A stretch of DNA of 64,000 nucleotides from Cenarchaeum sp. (GTDB taxonomy: Archaea > Thermoproteota > Nitrososphaeria > Nitrososphaerales > Nitrosopumilaceae), in assembly GCA_963693095.2 (NCBI GenBank), contig OY843768.1, positions 1,376,001-1,440,000 of the forward strand, written 5' to 3'. A program made the translations under genes and the position numbers. Within the stretch, counting starts at the first letter, position 1; every line of letters begins with the position of its first letter. Shown one piece after another: positions 50,110-59,652 of this stretch. Under the pieces are notes generated by a model. That model worked only from the letters and a program-made list of their open reading frames with translations, was not told the DNA's origin and ran no database searches.

Positions 50110-51385
50110 CCGCGCCAGCACCTATGAGGCGCCACCTGTCGGCCATCTTGCGGCTGATCGCGACACTGCGGCCCCCAAGGAGGCAGACGCTCCGGCGAAA
50201 CTCCACGGTGACGCGGTTGCCCTTGGCCGACTTTGCCTGGCACAGGGCCGGTGCGGTCCCAACGCTCAGGCGCAGCATCTCGCCGGCCTTTATCGGGGAG
50301 ATCTTTGTGTCAGTCTCGCCGACTGCCGCATCAAAGAGGCTCACCTCCATCGTCGCACCCGAGACGTTCTCCGGAAGCGAGCCGGGCGCACCGATGACCG
50401 AGCCAGTCAGGCTGTCGCCGGCCGTCATTGCCGGATCGAGCCTCGTGCCTATGGCCACGAGGCCCCCTGGCCTGACCTCCTCGACGCGCCCCGCACCGGT
50501 CCCGAGCGAGACTATCGTAGTCGTGAGCGGGTCGTGGCGGCCCTTGCGCTCGTCTAGCACGCCTGGCCGAATCTCGATCTCGTCGCCGACGTGCAGCGAG
50601 CCCTGCGTGAGGCTGCCGCCGATGACGCCGCCGGAGATTCCGCCAATGTCAGTGCCCGGCCTGTTGACGTCAAATGAGCGCAGGACGTGCATTATGGGCT
50701 TCTCAGATGGGTCGCGCTCTGGCGTGGGGATCGTCTCGTCGATCGAGGCGATGAGCGCATTTGTGTTGAGCGAGGACTGGGCAGACACGGGGAGTATCGG
50801 CGCAGACTCCCTCCCGCTGCCCTTGAGGAACGCGGCTATGGCGTCATGGTTCTCGATGGCCTGCTCGTACGTGAGGAGGTCGACCTTGTTCTGGACCACG
50901 ACGATCTGCTTTATGCCGAGTATGTCAAGTGCCAAGAGGTGCTCCTCGGTCTGGAGCTGCGGAACCTTTTGGTTGGCCGCAACGACGAGGAGTGATCCGT
51001 CCATGAGCGCTGCGCCGGAGAGCATATTTGCCATGAGGCTCTCGTGGCCGGGGCTGTCGACAAAGCTCACGACGCGCGAGAGCTCGGACTCGGAGCCGCA
51101 CTCGGGGCACTTTGGCGACGTCGAGTGGCCAAGCGGTGGCTCACACGATGCGCATTTGTAGAATGCCGCATCCGTATAGCCGACGCGTATTGTGATTCCG
51201 CGGCGCAGCTCCTGGCTGTGAACGCTCGTCCAGCGGCCCGTGAGCGACTGGATTAGCGTGGTCTTGCCATGGTCGACGTGGCCTGCAGTCCCAATGTTGA
51301 CGCACGGCTGCCTTCCGTGCTTTTTGACGTACCAGTCAGGAAGCGTGTCGTTCCAGCTCAACGAGGCCGGATCGCGCGCGTTCAT
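50102..51385 (-). CDS. eif2g: translation initiation factor aIF2 gamma
   Basis: GHVDHGKTT, RGITIRVGY, DSPGHE, QNKVD, RSFDVNRPG, WRLIG. Confidence 0.98.
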   Translation of the reverse strand: MNARDPASLSWNDTLPDWYVKKHGRQPCVNIGTAGHVDHGKTTLIQSLTGRWTSVHSQELRRGITIRVGYTDAAFYKCASCEPPLGHSTSPKCPECGSESELSRVVSFVDSPGHESLMANMLSGAALMDGSLLVVAANQKVPQLQTEEHLLALDILGIKQIVVVQNKVDLLTYEQAIENHDAIAAFLKGSGRESAPILPVSAQSSLNTNALIASIDETIPTPERDPSEKPIMHVLRSFDVNRPGTDIGGISGGVIGGSLTQGSLHVGDEIEIRPGVLDERKGRHDPLTTTIVSLGTGAGRVEEVRPGGLVAIGTRLDPAMTAGDSLTGSVIGAPGSLPENVSGATMEVSLFDAAVGETDTKISPIKAGEMLRLSVGTAPALCQAKSAKGNRVTVEFRRSVCLLGGRSVAISRKMADRWRLIGAGAVG

Positions 51386-51388
51386 ATG

Positions 51389-51862
51389 CTAAGCTTTTTG
51401 CTCTTTGGGGCCGTCTGCGGCTCCCGCACCCACGTCGTCCTTTGCCGACTTCGCTGGCGCATCGCCGGAGCCCTCGCCGGCGCTATCTCCAGGGCTGTCT
51501 CCTGCGGCCTTTGGATCCTCAAGCTTGCCGTCATACAGGCAGTTAACCTGAAAGACCTCCTCGGTTATCTCGCGCCCTCGCACGAGCTTGCGCACGCGCT
51601 CGCCGCGCCCCGCATGCGGAAGGCCGACGCCCCGCGACAGCATGACGTACTTGCGCGAGCCGCCATGGACGTCACCGCGCATGGGAACGCCAGACTTGTC
51701 GCTGCCTCCTGTTATCGTGATCTTGCCGACAAGGCCGGCTGCGGCCGCGTCGAGCTCCGTGCCGATGGCAGCCCCTATGAGCTGGTTGGCCTCGGCATCC
51801 TTTAGCTCGTGGGTCGTCGAGCGTCCCCGCGTGTCCGATATGGCAAGTTTGAATGTCGCCAA
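51389..51862 (-). CDS. rps6e: 30S ribosomal protein eS6
   Basis: ITGGSDKSGVPMR.D, GER.RKLVRG, QVN; Gly/Ala/Asp tail. Confidence 0.95.
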   Translation of the reverse strand: MATFKLAISDTRGRSTTHELKDAEANQLIGAAIGTELDAAAAGLVGKITITGGSDKSGVPMRGDVHGGSRKYVMLSRGVGLPHAGRGERVRKLVRGREITEEVFQVNCLYDGKLEDPKAAGDSPGDSAGEGSGDAPAKSAKDDVGAGAADGPKEQKA

Positions 51863-51931
51863 GTGCGCACGGCGCGCGCGCCTTGGTTAATTAACCTTGT
51901 GAGCGTGACGGGCCAGCCGGCGCGCGCACGC

Positions 51932-54139
51932 CTATTCTATCGTGTATGTCGCCTGATCTGCGCTGGCAGAGTCAGCGGCGCGTATCGTGTACACGCCCGG
52001 ATACTGGTCACGTGGAATGATCCACTCGCCGCTAAACGCGCCCTCGGCAGTGGAGCGCGCAACCTGCGCGAATATCGTCTCGCCGTTGTTATGCGTCACC
52101 GTTATGTCCACGGGCTGGCTCCCGGCCGCGCCCTCGCCGCGTATGGTGATTGCCTTGCCCGTCGCCACCGGAGTCTCGCTGACCTGTATCTTGATTCCCG
52201 AGGTGACCTCGACGACAACGTCAAATGACGTCATCGCCGACTGTGTTCCGCTGCGCGCCATGAGCGTCCACGTGCCCTGCTCGGGGCTAGAGCGCACAAA
52301 GAATGACGCGGTGAACTTTTTGCCTTCTGTCGTGAACGTCTCGATGGTCTTTGTCTCATCGCCAGACGGGCTGATCATGACAACATCCACGAGCGACTGG
52401 GCACGCTCGCTCACGCCCAAAACCGTGACCAGCTCGCCTGGCGTGTAGAGCGTCTTTGTCGTGGAGATTGTCATCGTTCCCGCATTGCTCTGGAGTCCCA
52501 CGGTGAACGTGCGGTCAGCCGAGTTGTTCCCATAGTAGGCGATCGCAGCATATATCCCGCGCGTAAATTCAGAGAGATCGAGCATCTTTACGTAATTTCC
52601 CTCGGCATCAAGGGAGATCTTTGTGCGCTGCTCCTCCTGCTTTTTGGCCGGATGTACCACGACGAGCGTCGCGTCTGACTCGCTGCGCCCCAGCACCGAT
52701 ATCGTCGCCGTCTCGCCGATCGCATAGTTGAGCTTGTCCATCTTTACGACAAACGGGATCTCGGGCCTCGCGCCTAGGCCGACATACGAGATTGACTCCT
52801 CTGTGCCCTGCGCGAGGAACATGACGTATGTCCCCTTGGGGTATGGCGTCTCGGTCAAAATCTCAAAGGCCACGCTTCCTGACTCGCCCACTGCGATAAT
52901 GTCCTCATAGACTGCAGTTCCCTGCGGGTTCTCGAGGATCACCTCGAGGTCAAGGTTCGGCTGTGCCGTGCCTCCAAACAGGAGCGTGTCGCCGGGGTTG
53001 TACATGAACTTGCGCGGCTGTATGCTTATTGGCAGGCCAGACTCGAGATCCCAGCTCCGGCTGACCGTCGAGCTTCCGTCGTATATGACCGCAGTGTAAC
53101 GGCCGGGACTCCAGCTTGACTGCGTGTTGATGCTGCGCGACCACGTGCCTTCAGGGCCGACCTTTAGCGTGTTGACCGATATCGCATAGTCGAGCGGGTG
53201 CTTTAGCGTCACGAGGAGCGAGGCGCCGGGGTTGGCCGAGCCGGACAGGCCCACCTCCTTGCCACCTAGGATCGTCGGCGCGACGTCGCCGGCGGTGAGC
53301 GGCTGCTCGATGTCATCGCCGATGACCTCGACTGTCCCTACTGTGCGCACGCGAGGCTCGTCGATCCGCACCGGCCTCTGCAGCGTGTTGCCCATGTCAT
53401 CAGACAGCGCAAAGTCAACCCTGGCCGCAGGTGCAGCAGACGGCACCGTCGTCGTGTACACAAACCTGCCCGACTCGCCAGTCTCTATCGAGCCGAGGTC
53501 AGCCGAGCCGAGCGAGAGCGAGAGCGTGCTGTTGGCCCCAAAGCCATCACCCACGACGCGTATCGTTGCGCCCTGGTGCGGCCCGCTCGGAACCACCCTA
53601 AACTGCGACGTGCCGTCGATTATGCCGGCCGGCGGGGCATCGGGCGCATCGGGCTCCTCGCCTTCCCCGCCGTCCTCGCCGCCCGGCGGTGGGGGCGGGG
53701 GTGGCGGCGGCGTCTCGCCTGGCACTACCTTGCCCTGGGCGAGCGTGTTGCCGGCGGCGTCCAGGGCGCGCCAGTTTATCCCGTCGGCTGCAGCAGACGT
53801 CTCGACGCCAAACTGTGCAGACTCGCCGGCCATCGGCGGCACTGATGCGCTAAACGAGATGAGCGCCTCGGCCTGGCGCGAGCCCGTCCAGCCGGCGCCT
53901 GTCTTGAAGGACTCAAAGGAGTTTCCGGCGGCAAGCCACATGTCAACGGAGGCGACAGGCACGCTGCCCGAGTTTACCAACGTGATGATTGCCGTGTTGC
54001 CAAGGGAGTGCCCCGTCACCGAGACGTCGGCGTCCTGCGCGAGTGCTGACCCACCGGCCACCGCAATGACCGCGATGAGCACGCCGAGTGCTGCCCCATG
54101 CCGCATGCGCGCCGTCCGGCGCGCCTCTAAATTAACCAT
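51932..54139 (-). CDS. secreted multi-Ig-like-domain surface protein with poly-Pro linker
   Basis: Signal peptide ending SALA, beta-rich modules (K..Y.PGD/E...G.Y), P10 run. Confidence 0.75.
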   Translation of the reverse strand: MVNLEARRTARMRHGAALGVLIAVIAVAGGSALAQDADVSVTGHSLGNTAIITLVNSGSVPVASVDMWLAAGNSFESFKTGAGWTGSRQAEALISFSASVPPMAGESAQFGVETSAAADGINWRALDAAGNTLAQGKVVPGETPPPPPPPPPGGEDGGEGEEPDAPDAPPAGIIDGTSQFRVVPSGPHQGATIRVVGDGFGANSTLSLSLGSADLGSIETGESGRFVYTTTVPSAAPAARVDFALSDDMGNTLQRPVRIDEPRVRTVGTVEVIGDDIEQPLTAGDVAPTILGGKEVGLSGSANPGASLLVTLKHPLDYAISVNTLKVGPEGTWSRSINTQSSWSPGRYTAVIYDGSSTVSRSWDLESGLPISIQPRKFMYNPGDTLLFGGTAQPNLDLEVILENPQGTAVYEDIIAVGESGSVAFEILTETPYPKGTYVMFLAQGTEESISYVGLGARPEIPFVVKMDKLNYAIGETATISVLGRSESDATLVVVHPAKKQEEQRTKISLDAEGNYVKMLDLSEFTRGIYAAIAYYGNNSADRTFTVGLQSNAGTMTISTTKTLYTPGELVTVLGVSERAQSLVDVVMISPSGDETKTIETFTTEGKKFTASFFVRSSPEQGTWTLMARSGTQSAMTSFDVVVEVTSGIKIQVSETPVATGKAITIRGEGAAGSQPVDITVTHNNGETIFAQVARSTAEGAFSGEWIIPRDQYPGVYTIRAADSASADQATYTIE

Positions 54140-54157
54140 GCCCCCGCGGCGTGCGCA

Positions 54158-56242
54158 TCACACGCCGATCCTGTCGAGCTCGCCGCGTGCGGCAATGTTC
54201 TCGTACTGGCGTATCCTCTCGGCGATAAGTCTGTAGAGGGACCGAAAGCTGTCGCGTGTCCTGTCTGACAAAAAGTCGGCCTCATCGAGCGCAATCTTTT
54301 CACAGATATAGCGCGTGATCTCCTCGTTCTCAAATGAGCCCCAGTTGTCCTCCCTGTGATCCTCCCAGATCGAGTGGAGGCTCTCAACTACGCCATTTTT
54401 GCTACGCGCAGAAATGTCCTCGGGCGTCAGGTTGCCATATCCCTCTGAGCGCAGCTTTATCTCGTATGTCTGGTTTACCGCGTGGAGATAGTCTTCAGTT
54501 TTCATATAGTCCTCTATTGAGCGTATCGTGCCGCCCTCACGCTCAAAGAATATCATCTGGACCTGTGAGAACTTGTTGGCCACGAGCTGCGAGGAGATCT
54601 GCTTTGACTCGTCGCTGTTGTCAAGGAGAACAAACGTCCTGTACCCGTGGTTCTTGTAAAAGACGGCTAGCGGCATGACAGAGTTCTTGTTGAACGCGGC
54701 AACTATGTTGAGGGGGTTCATCGATATGTTCGGATCCTTGAGAAACTTGTCAAACGCATTGAGGTACATGCAGTCAGACATCGTCTCAACGATAATGACA
54801 GGCCTCGAGTTGGTCCCTATCTCCCTGTCGACTATCGAGTCGACAAGCCCCCGCGAGAGGCCATAGAGGATGGGCGTGAGCGTCTTGTCATCGGCGTTCC
54901 AGTAGTCATAGAATATGCGGCTCAGGTGCTTGCGCTTGTCGAGCTCGACGACTAGGAGGTTGCCCGGCGTGTAGTCAAATATCATGAACGGCGAGTGCGT
55001 CGCGTAGAGAACCTGGTTTGAGCCCGCAAGCGACTTGAGGAGGTCAGATATCCCGCGCTGCTGCGTGGGGTGCAAGTTGCGCGCCGGCTCGTCTAGGAGC
55101 AGTATGGCCTCCTTTAGCTCGGCGCGCTGCGTCTCGGCGGCAAAGTTGACGATGAACGAGAACGTCCACTTGAATCCCTCGGCGCGCCTGTTAAGCAGTC
55201 CCGTGTTGGTGACTGTCCCGTCACGGTGTATGTCAGAGATCACGACGCTGATGATGTTGCCCGGCTGGTAGCGCAGGTCCACGCGGATCGGGTCGCCACG
55301 CCATGCGGGGTTTAGCCTTTCGGTCAGGCGGTTGCTCGCAGTTGTCAGGAACTTTATGACCTTGGAGGGACTGTCGCGCATGCCATCAAGTTCCTCTATC
55401 TCGAGCTCAGAAAGGTAAAAGAGGTTGCGCACGGTCTCGGCCTTGTCAAACTCCTCGACAAACTCTATTCCCGAGCGCACCTGCGGATCCTTGATCTTTG
55501 TGTACTCGTTGAGGTCAATGTTGCCGTATATCTTTTTGTAGTCAGAAAAGTAGACAAAGCGTGGATGGAGCTCACTGGCGATAAAGTTCTTTAGCGCCTC
55601 AAGATCAGACGTGCCGCTCAGCAGGCTTGAGAACTGGTTCTCCGGACTCGAGTAGAGCTTGTCCCACTCGGTAACGACGCGCGACTCGTCACTTGAGAGC
55701 ATGTGGAAGCGGTTGCTAAACTCGGCCATGAGTGTGTCAAACTCGGTCTGGGTTCGCGGTGGTGCGCGCGAGAACGCCGACGTGTCAAGCTGTATGCGAA
55801 TGTGGTTTGGTATAGTGTCAAGAAACGCCATTATCTTGCCGATAAAGTTCTCCCAGGAGTTGAGTGCCTTGTTCTCCGTGTCGCTTATCTCAATGTCCCC
55901 AAAGTCGTACTGGACCTCGTCTTTCTTGTTGGTCCGGTACACGCGGACACGCTCTATCTCGCGGATGGCAGGAAACATCTCCCTGATCATTATGGTCTCC
56001 TTGGCGCTCAGCTCGAACTCGCCCTCGGCGAGCGTGACTTCGGACTTTAGGTCCTCGGACATCTCGTCGCAGAGGTCAAGCTCGGAGACCTTTTCGTCCC
56101 TGTTGAGGAGCGTGAGGGCCTGCAGGATCGTCGTCTTGCCGCTCTCGTTGCGGCCCACAAAGGCGGCCAGATCGCCGACATTGATCTCCCCAGAGTCGTG
56201 TATGCAGCGATACGCCCTGACTCGGAACTTGCGGAGCCTCAT
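54158..56242 (-). CDS. OLD-family ABC ATPase with C-terminal TOPRIM-like domain
   Basis: Walker A GRNESGKT, Walker B LLLDEP..NLHP..Q, ATHSP, IIVETMSD, VLLDN, IED. Confidence 0.85.
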   Translation of the reverse strand: MRLRKFRVRAYRCIHDSGEINVGDLAAFVGRNESGKTTILQALTLLNRDEKVSELDLCDEMSEDLKSEVTLAEGEFELSAKETIMIREMFPAIREIERVRVYRTNKKDEVQYDFGDIEISDTENKALNSWENFIGKIMAFLDTIPNHIRIQLDTSAFSRAPPRTQTEFDTLMAEFSNRFHMLSSDESRVVTEWDKLYSSPENQFSSLLSGTSDLEALKNFIASELHPRFVYFSDYKKIYGNIDLNEYTKIKDPQVRSGIEFVEEFDKAETVRNLFYLSELEIEELDGMRDSPSKVIKFLTTASNRLTERLNPAWRGDPIRVDLRYQPGNIISVVISDIHRDGTVTNTGLLNRRAEGFKWTFSFIVNFAAETQRAELKEAILLLDEPARNLHPTQQRGISDLLKSLAGSNQVLYATHSPFMIFDYTPGNLLVVELDKRKHLSRIFYDYWNADDKTLTPILYGLSRGLVDSIVDREIGTNSRPVIIVETMSDCMYLNAFDKFLKDPNISMNPLNIVAAFNKNSVMPLAVFYKNHGYRTFVLLDNSDESKQISSQLVANKFSQVQMIFFEREGGTIRSIEDYMKTEDYLHAVNQTYEIKLRSEGYGNLTPEDISARSKNGVVESLHSIWEDHREDNWGSFENEEITRYICEKIALDEADFLSDRTRDSFRSLYRLIAERIRQYENIAARGELDRIGV

Positions 56243-56357
56243 TTGGGACACCCTTGCGCAACGCGTGATTTAACCCGTTGGTCATATTTGGCTACATTAT
56301 GGCGTAAATTTTGTTAAATAGATATAAGGGAAGTTTGCGCGCGGCGTGCCTAGAACC

Positions 56358-56795
56358 ATGGCCTCACGCCTCGGCGCCACGCTCGTCTTTATCCTCCCCG
56401 CAGTCGCATCAGTCGCCCTCGGCGGCGTGGTCATGGCCCAGATTCTCCAAGAGCCCGGTCGAGGGGGCACAGACGCCTCCGAGCACGTCACGATAGTTGG
56501 CCTCGAGGCCTCATATGCGGCACCGGCTGCCGTGAGCGCCCACGTGCACGTGACGCATGAGGCCTTTGACTGCGGCGACCTGGACATCAGGGTCAGCGAT
56601 CGCCAGACGGGCAGGATAGTTGGCAACAGCGGGTTCTTTGGGCAGTGCTTTGCGAGCACCAACACGATGATACCCGTCGACGGGGCATTCTCCATAAATG
56701 TCGTCGAGTCTGGAACGTACGAGATGACAGTTACCATCAGGGATGCGCAGGGGAGAAACAGCGCGAGCACAACAGGGGTGTTTACGGTAAGTTGA
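56358..56795 (+). CDS. membrane-anchored Ig-like hypothetical protein
   Basis: N-terminal TM, beta-rich body with two Cys. Confidence 0.7.
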   Translation: MASRLGATLVFILPAVASVALGGVVMAQILQEPGRGGTDASEHVTIVGLEASYAAPAAVSAHVHVTHEAFDCGDLDIRVSDRQTGRIVGNSGFFGQCFASTNTMIPVDGAFSINVVESGTYEMTVTIRDAQGRNSASTTGVFTVS

Positions 56796-56821
56796 CCGGC
56801 ATGGCAGGCGTGGTGGAATAG

Positions 56822-56971
56822 ATGGCAAGGGAGACAAAGGCCGAGCGCATCAAGAGGGTAAAGGCAGAGCTCGAGTCACTCGAGGAGAAAAAGCGCGTCC
56901 TTGAGGAGACAAGGCACAGGACAAGCAAGCAGGGTGTCACAGAGGCACATGTTGGGGACGGTGCAGAGTAG
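56822..56971 (+). CDS. 49-aa coiled-coil peptide paralogous to the N-terminus of the next gene
   Basis: MARETKAERIKRVKAELESLEEKKRVLEE...; GGTGG upstream; stop 1 nt before next ATG. Confidence 0.55.
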   Translation: MARETKAERIKRVKAELESLEEKKRVLEETRHRTSKQGVTEAHVGDGAE

Positions 56972-56972
56972 A

Positions 56973-57797
56973 ATGGCAGACGGAGGCGCACTTCCACTGG
57001 ATCGCGAGTCAGAGCTGAGAAAAAAGAAGGGCGAGCTCGAGGCGCTAAAGGAGAAAAAGCGCATACTCGACAAGGACGACCAGGCCCACATGACGGGCAA
57101 CAAGGCAAAGTCCAAAAAGGCTCCAAAGAAAAAGGCAAAGGCCAAGCCAAAGGCGCCGGCCAAAAAGGATCCCGTGAAAAAGGAGACAGTTGCCAAAAAG
57201 GCGCCAAAGAAAAAGGCAAAGGCCAAGCCAAAGGCGCCGGCCAAAAAGGATCCCGTGAAAAAGGCCACAAAGAAAAAAGAGGCGGCAAAAAAGCCAAAGG
57301 CGGCCAAGCGCGAAGGAAAGCCAAAGCGAACCAGGCGCAGGTCGCGCCTAGAGCCGATCGAGCTCACAGACGAGGAGCAGATCGAGGACGCCATAACTGA
57401 CGAGGAGATTGCAAACTTTCAGGTCGGCAAGGCAAACATGGAGCAGCTGATCAACAGGGTGTGCGAGATACTCTCAGGCGGGCCCTCAGGAGGCACGCTC
57501 CAGTCCGACGTGTGGAGGCGCCTAAAGCTCACCCTGAGTGACGGGTTTAGGCTGGCCCTAAAGCTCGAGTGGCTCGGCCTCATCACGCGCGAGAAGGTCC
57601 TCGAGAACGGCAGGTGGACGTACAGGCTCATACTAAAGAGGACGCCGATTAGCACTAGGTCCATAGTCGACGCCCCATGCCTGACGTGCAAGGTCGAGCA
57701 GAAATGCACGCCCGAGGGAGAGGTCAGCCCCCACACGTGTGACCTCATCAGGGACTGGGTCATCACCGAGTCAAAGAGGTCACGCAGGAGGGGATGA
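56973..57797 (+). CDS. RPC34/TFE-beta-like protein (wHTH plus Cys4 Fe-S motif) with histone-H1-like Lys-rich insert
   Basis: LQSDVWRRL..L..GLITREKVLENGRWTY, PCLTC-x5-C-x10-C..WV; KKAPKKKAKAKPKAPAKK repeats. Confidence 0.8.
   Translation: MADGGALPLDRESELRKKKGELEALKEKKRILDKDDQAHMTGNKAKSKKAPKKKAKAKPKAPAKKDPVKKETVAKKAPKKKAKAKPKAPAKKDPVKKATKKKEAAKKPKAAKREGKPKRTRRRSRLEPIELTDEEQIEDAITDEEIANFQVGKANMEQLINRVCEILSGGPSGGTLQSDVWRRLKLTLSDGFRLALKLEWLGLITREKVLENGRWTYRLILKRTPISTRSIVDAPCLTCKVEQKCTPEGEVSPHTCDLIRDWVITESKRSRRRG
57112..57264. repeat. 81-bp-period duplication encoding KKAPKKKAKAKPKAPAKKDPVKK
   Basis: Near-identical copies starting at 57112 and 57193. Confidence 0.93.
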
Positions 57798-58387
57798 GAC
57801 CCCACGAGGCGCGACGCGACGCGTATAGGCGGCTTGCGCGCGAGCAGGGGTACCGCAGCCGCTCATCATACAAGCTAAAGGAGCTCAACAAGGCGTACAG
57901 GGTGATCGGTGCGGGATTTGGCGTCCTTGATGTCGGCTGCGCTCCCGGTGGATGGACGCAGGTCGCCGTGCAGCTCGCCGGCAACCGCGGGCGCGTCATG
58001 GGAATCGACAAGTTGCACACCGAGGAGGTTCCCGGAGCGCGCGTCATGAGGCGCGACGTCTCTGACGATGGGATCGCCGAGGAGGTCCTTGCGCACTTTG
58101 GACAAAAGATCAACGCAGTAATCTGCGACCTCTCCCCACAGGTGAGCGGCAACTGGTCAATCGACCACGCCAGGCAGGTCGCGCTCAACTATGACGCCGC
58201 GCGCATACTAGGCCGCGTCCTAGACAGGAAGGGCAATGCGGTGTTCAAGGTGTTCGACGGCGAATACTCGGCAGAGTTTTGCACATACATGAAAAAGAGA
58301 TTTGCGCGCACAAAGCTGACAAAGCCCATGGCAAGCCGAAAGACGAGCAGCGAGACGTATATCGTGTGCCTCGGGTATCTCCACTAG
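57794..58387 (+). CDS. rlmE: 23S rRNA 2'-O-methyltransferase RlmE (FtsJ)
   Basis: GYRSRSSYKL, DVGCAPGGW, CDLSP, FKVF, SRKTSSE.Y. Confidence 0.95.
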   Translation: MRPHEARRDAYRRLAREQGYRSRSSYKLKELNKAYRVIGAGFGVLDVGCAPGGWTQVAVQLAGNRGRVMGIDKLHTEEVPGARVMRRDVSDDGIAEEVLAHFGQKINAVICDLSPQVSGNWSIDHARQVALNYDAARILGRVLDRKGNAVFKVFDGEYSAEFCTYMKKRFARTKLTKPMASRKTSSETYIVCLGYLH

Positions 58388-59541
58388 AGCAGGGCGAGTA
58401 TCTCAGGCATCGTCGCATCAGTCCTAAACCCCGTCGTGTCAAGCGATGTTGGCGATGCAGAGTGGCCCGCGCGGCCCAACATCTCTATAATCCTCTCCAG
58501 GCGCGGTGGTGACCGGCGCGCGCGCGATGCAATCTCGTCTATCGTGTAATAGCATGGAGGCATGGCCGACTCGGCAGCAGCCCTCTCCATTATGCGCGCG
58601 CATGACCGGTCGACTGTGTGCGTGGCGCACTCGGCGAGCATTGCAGACGAAAACTCGGCGTCAAATATGGGTCCTGTCCAGAGCGGGCCGGCCACGTGTG
58701 GCGCAGCGCCACACTCACACGGGCCGTGGCCTTCGAGTACGCCACGCCTGCCGCACGCGTCACAGTGGAATATTTGCCCGTGCGCCTCGCGCGTGTCAGG
58801 GCGGTTTGCGGCCTCGAGGTAGACCCTGTAATAGTGCATGTCGCTCTCGCAAAAGATCGGCGTGAGCGTCATGTCGAGTCGCGCCGCCACTGCCATGGCA
58901 CATCCGGCGATCAGGCGAAGTGCCGTCTCGCGCGCATGCGGCGTGCGGCGTATGGGCACCCCGCCGTAGCGGCGCGCGCACGCGGCCGGAAAGAGTCCAT
59001 GAAGAACCTGCAGGTCCGTGGCCGTCAGAGAGAGCATGCCACCGTGCGCAGTTGCCCTGATCGCGCAGTCAAGGTATCGCGCCGGCGAGCCAAACGGGTC
59101 AACGTCTACGACGAGTCCGCGCATGCCCTTCCTAGCGCGCGCCGAGAGAAAGCGGCACGCCTCGTCCTCAGACGTCTCCACGCGCTCCGAGCAGTCGTTG
59201 AGGGCTGCCGAGCGGTCGGCAAGGTCTAGCGCAACGGGGTTTAGGTCGTTGAGCATTACATGGACCGAGGGGTCGGCCTCGTTGGCAAGCCGAACGCCGC
59301 GCGCGCCGACTCCGGCGAGACCCTCAAGGACAAGCAGCTCGCCGGTGTGCGACCTTGCGCGCGCAGCGCACGCGAGAACCGAGATGTCGCGGTTTAGGCG
59401 GGCGCGCGGGTTGTAGAACGCCGGCTCGTGCGGCGGCGAGGCAGCCGAGAGCGACTCGCGCGGAACGAGGAGGCGCGTCGTGCCCTCGATAGTCTCGGTC
59501 ATCTCGGCAGTCTCGGTGTCGCCCAACGGCATCGCACGCAT
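58384..59541 (-). CDS. trm1: tRNA (guanine-26-N2)-dimethyltransferase Trm1
   Basis: FYNP...NRD, G.RGVR, DVDPFGSP, TATD, GPLWTG. Confidence 0.95.
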   Translation of the reverse strand: MRAMPLGDTETAEMTETIEGTTRLLVPRESLSAASPPHEPAFYNPRARLNRDISVLACAARARSHTGELLVLEGLAGVGARGVRLANEADPSVHVMLNDLNPVALDLADRSAALNDCSERVETSEDEACRFLSARARKGMRGLVVDVDPFGSPARYLDCAIRATAHGGMLSLTATDLQVLHGLFPAACARRYGGVPIRRTPHARETALRLIAGCAMAVAARLDMTLTPIFCESDMHYYRVYLEAANRPDTREAHGQIFHCDACGRRGVLEGHGPCECGAAPHVAGPLWTGPIFDAEFSSAMLAECATHTVDRSCARIMERAAAESAMPPCYYTIDEIASRARRSPPRLERIIEMLGRAGHSASPTSLDTTGFRTDATMPEILALL

Positions 59542-59652
59542 ACGGGGCGTGTCTTAAGCATTGTATGGCCTGCGCGTGTGGCGCACGCGCAACGTGGTGG
59601 AGCGCGCACGAGTCCCATATGGCTTTATACGGAGATCTCTGGCGTGCGCGCG

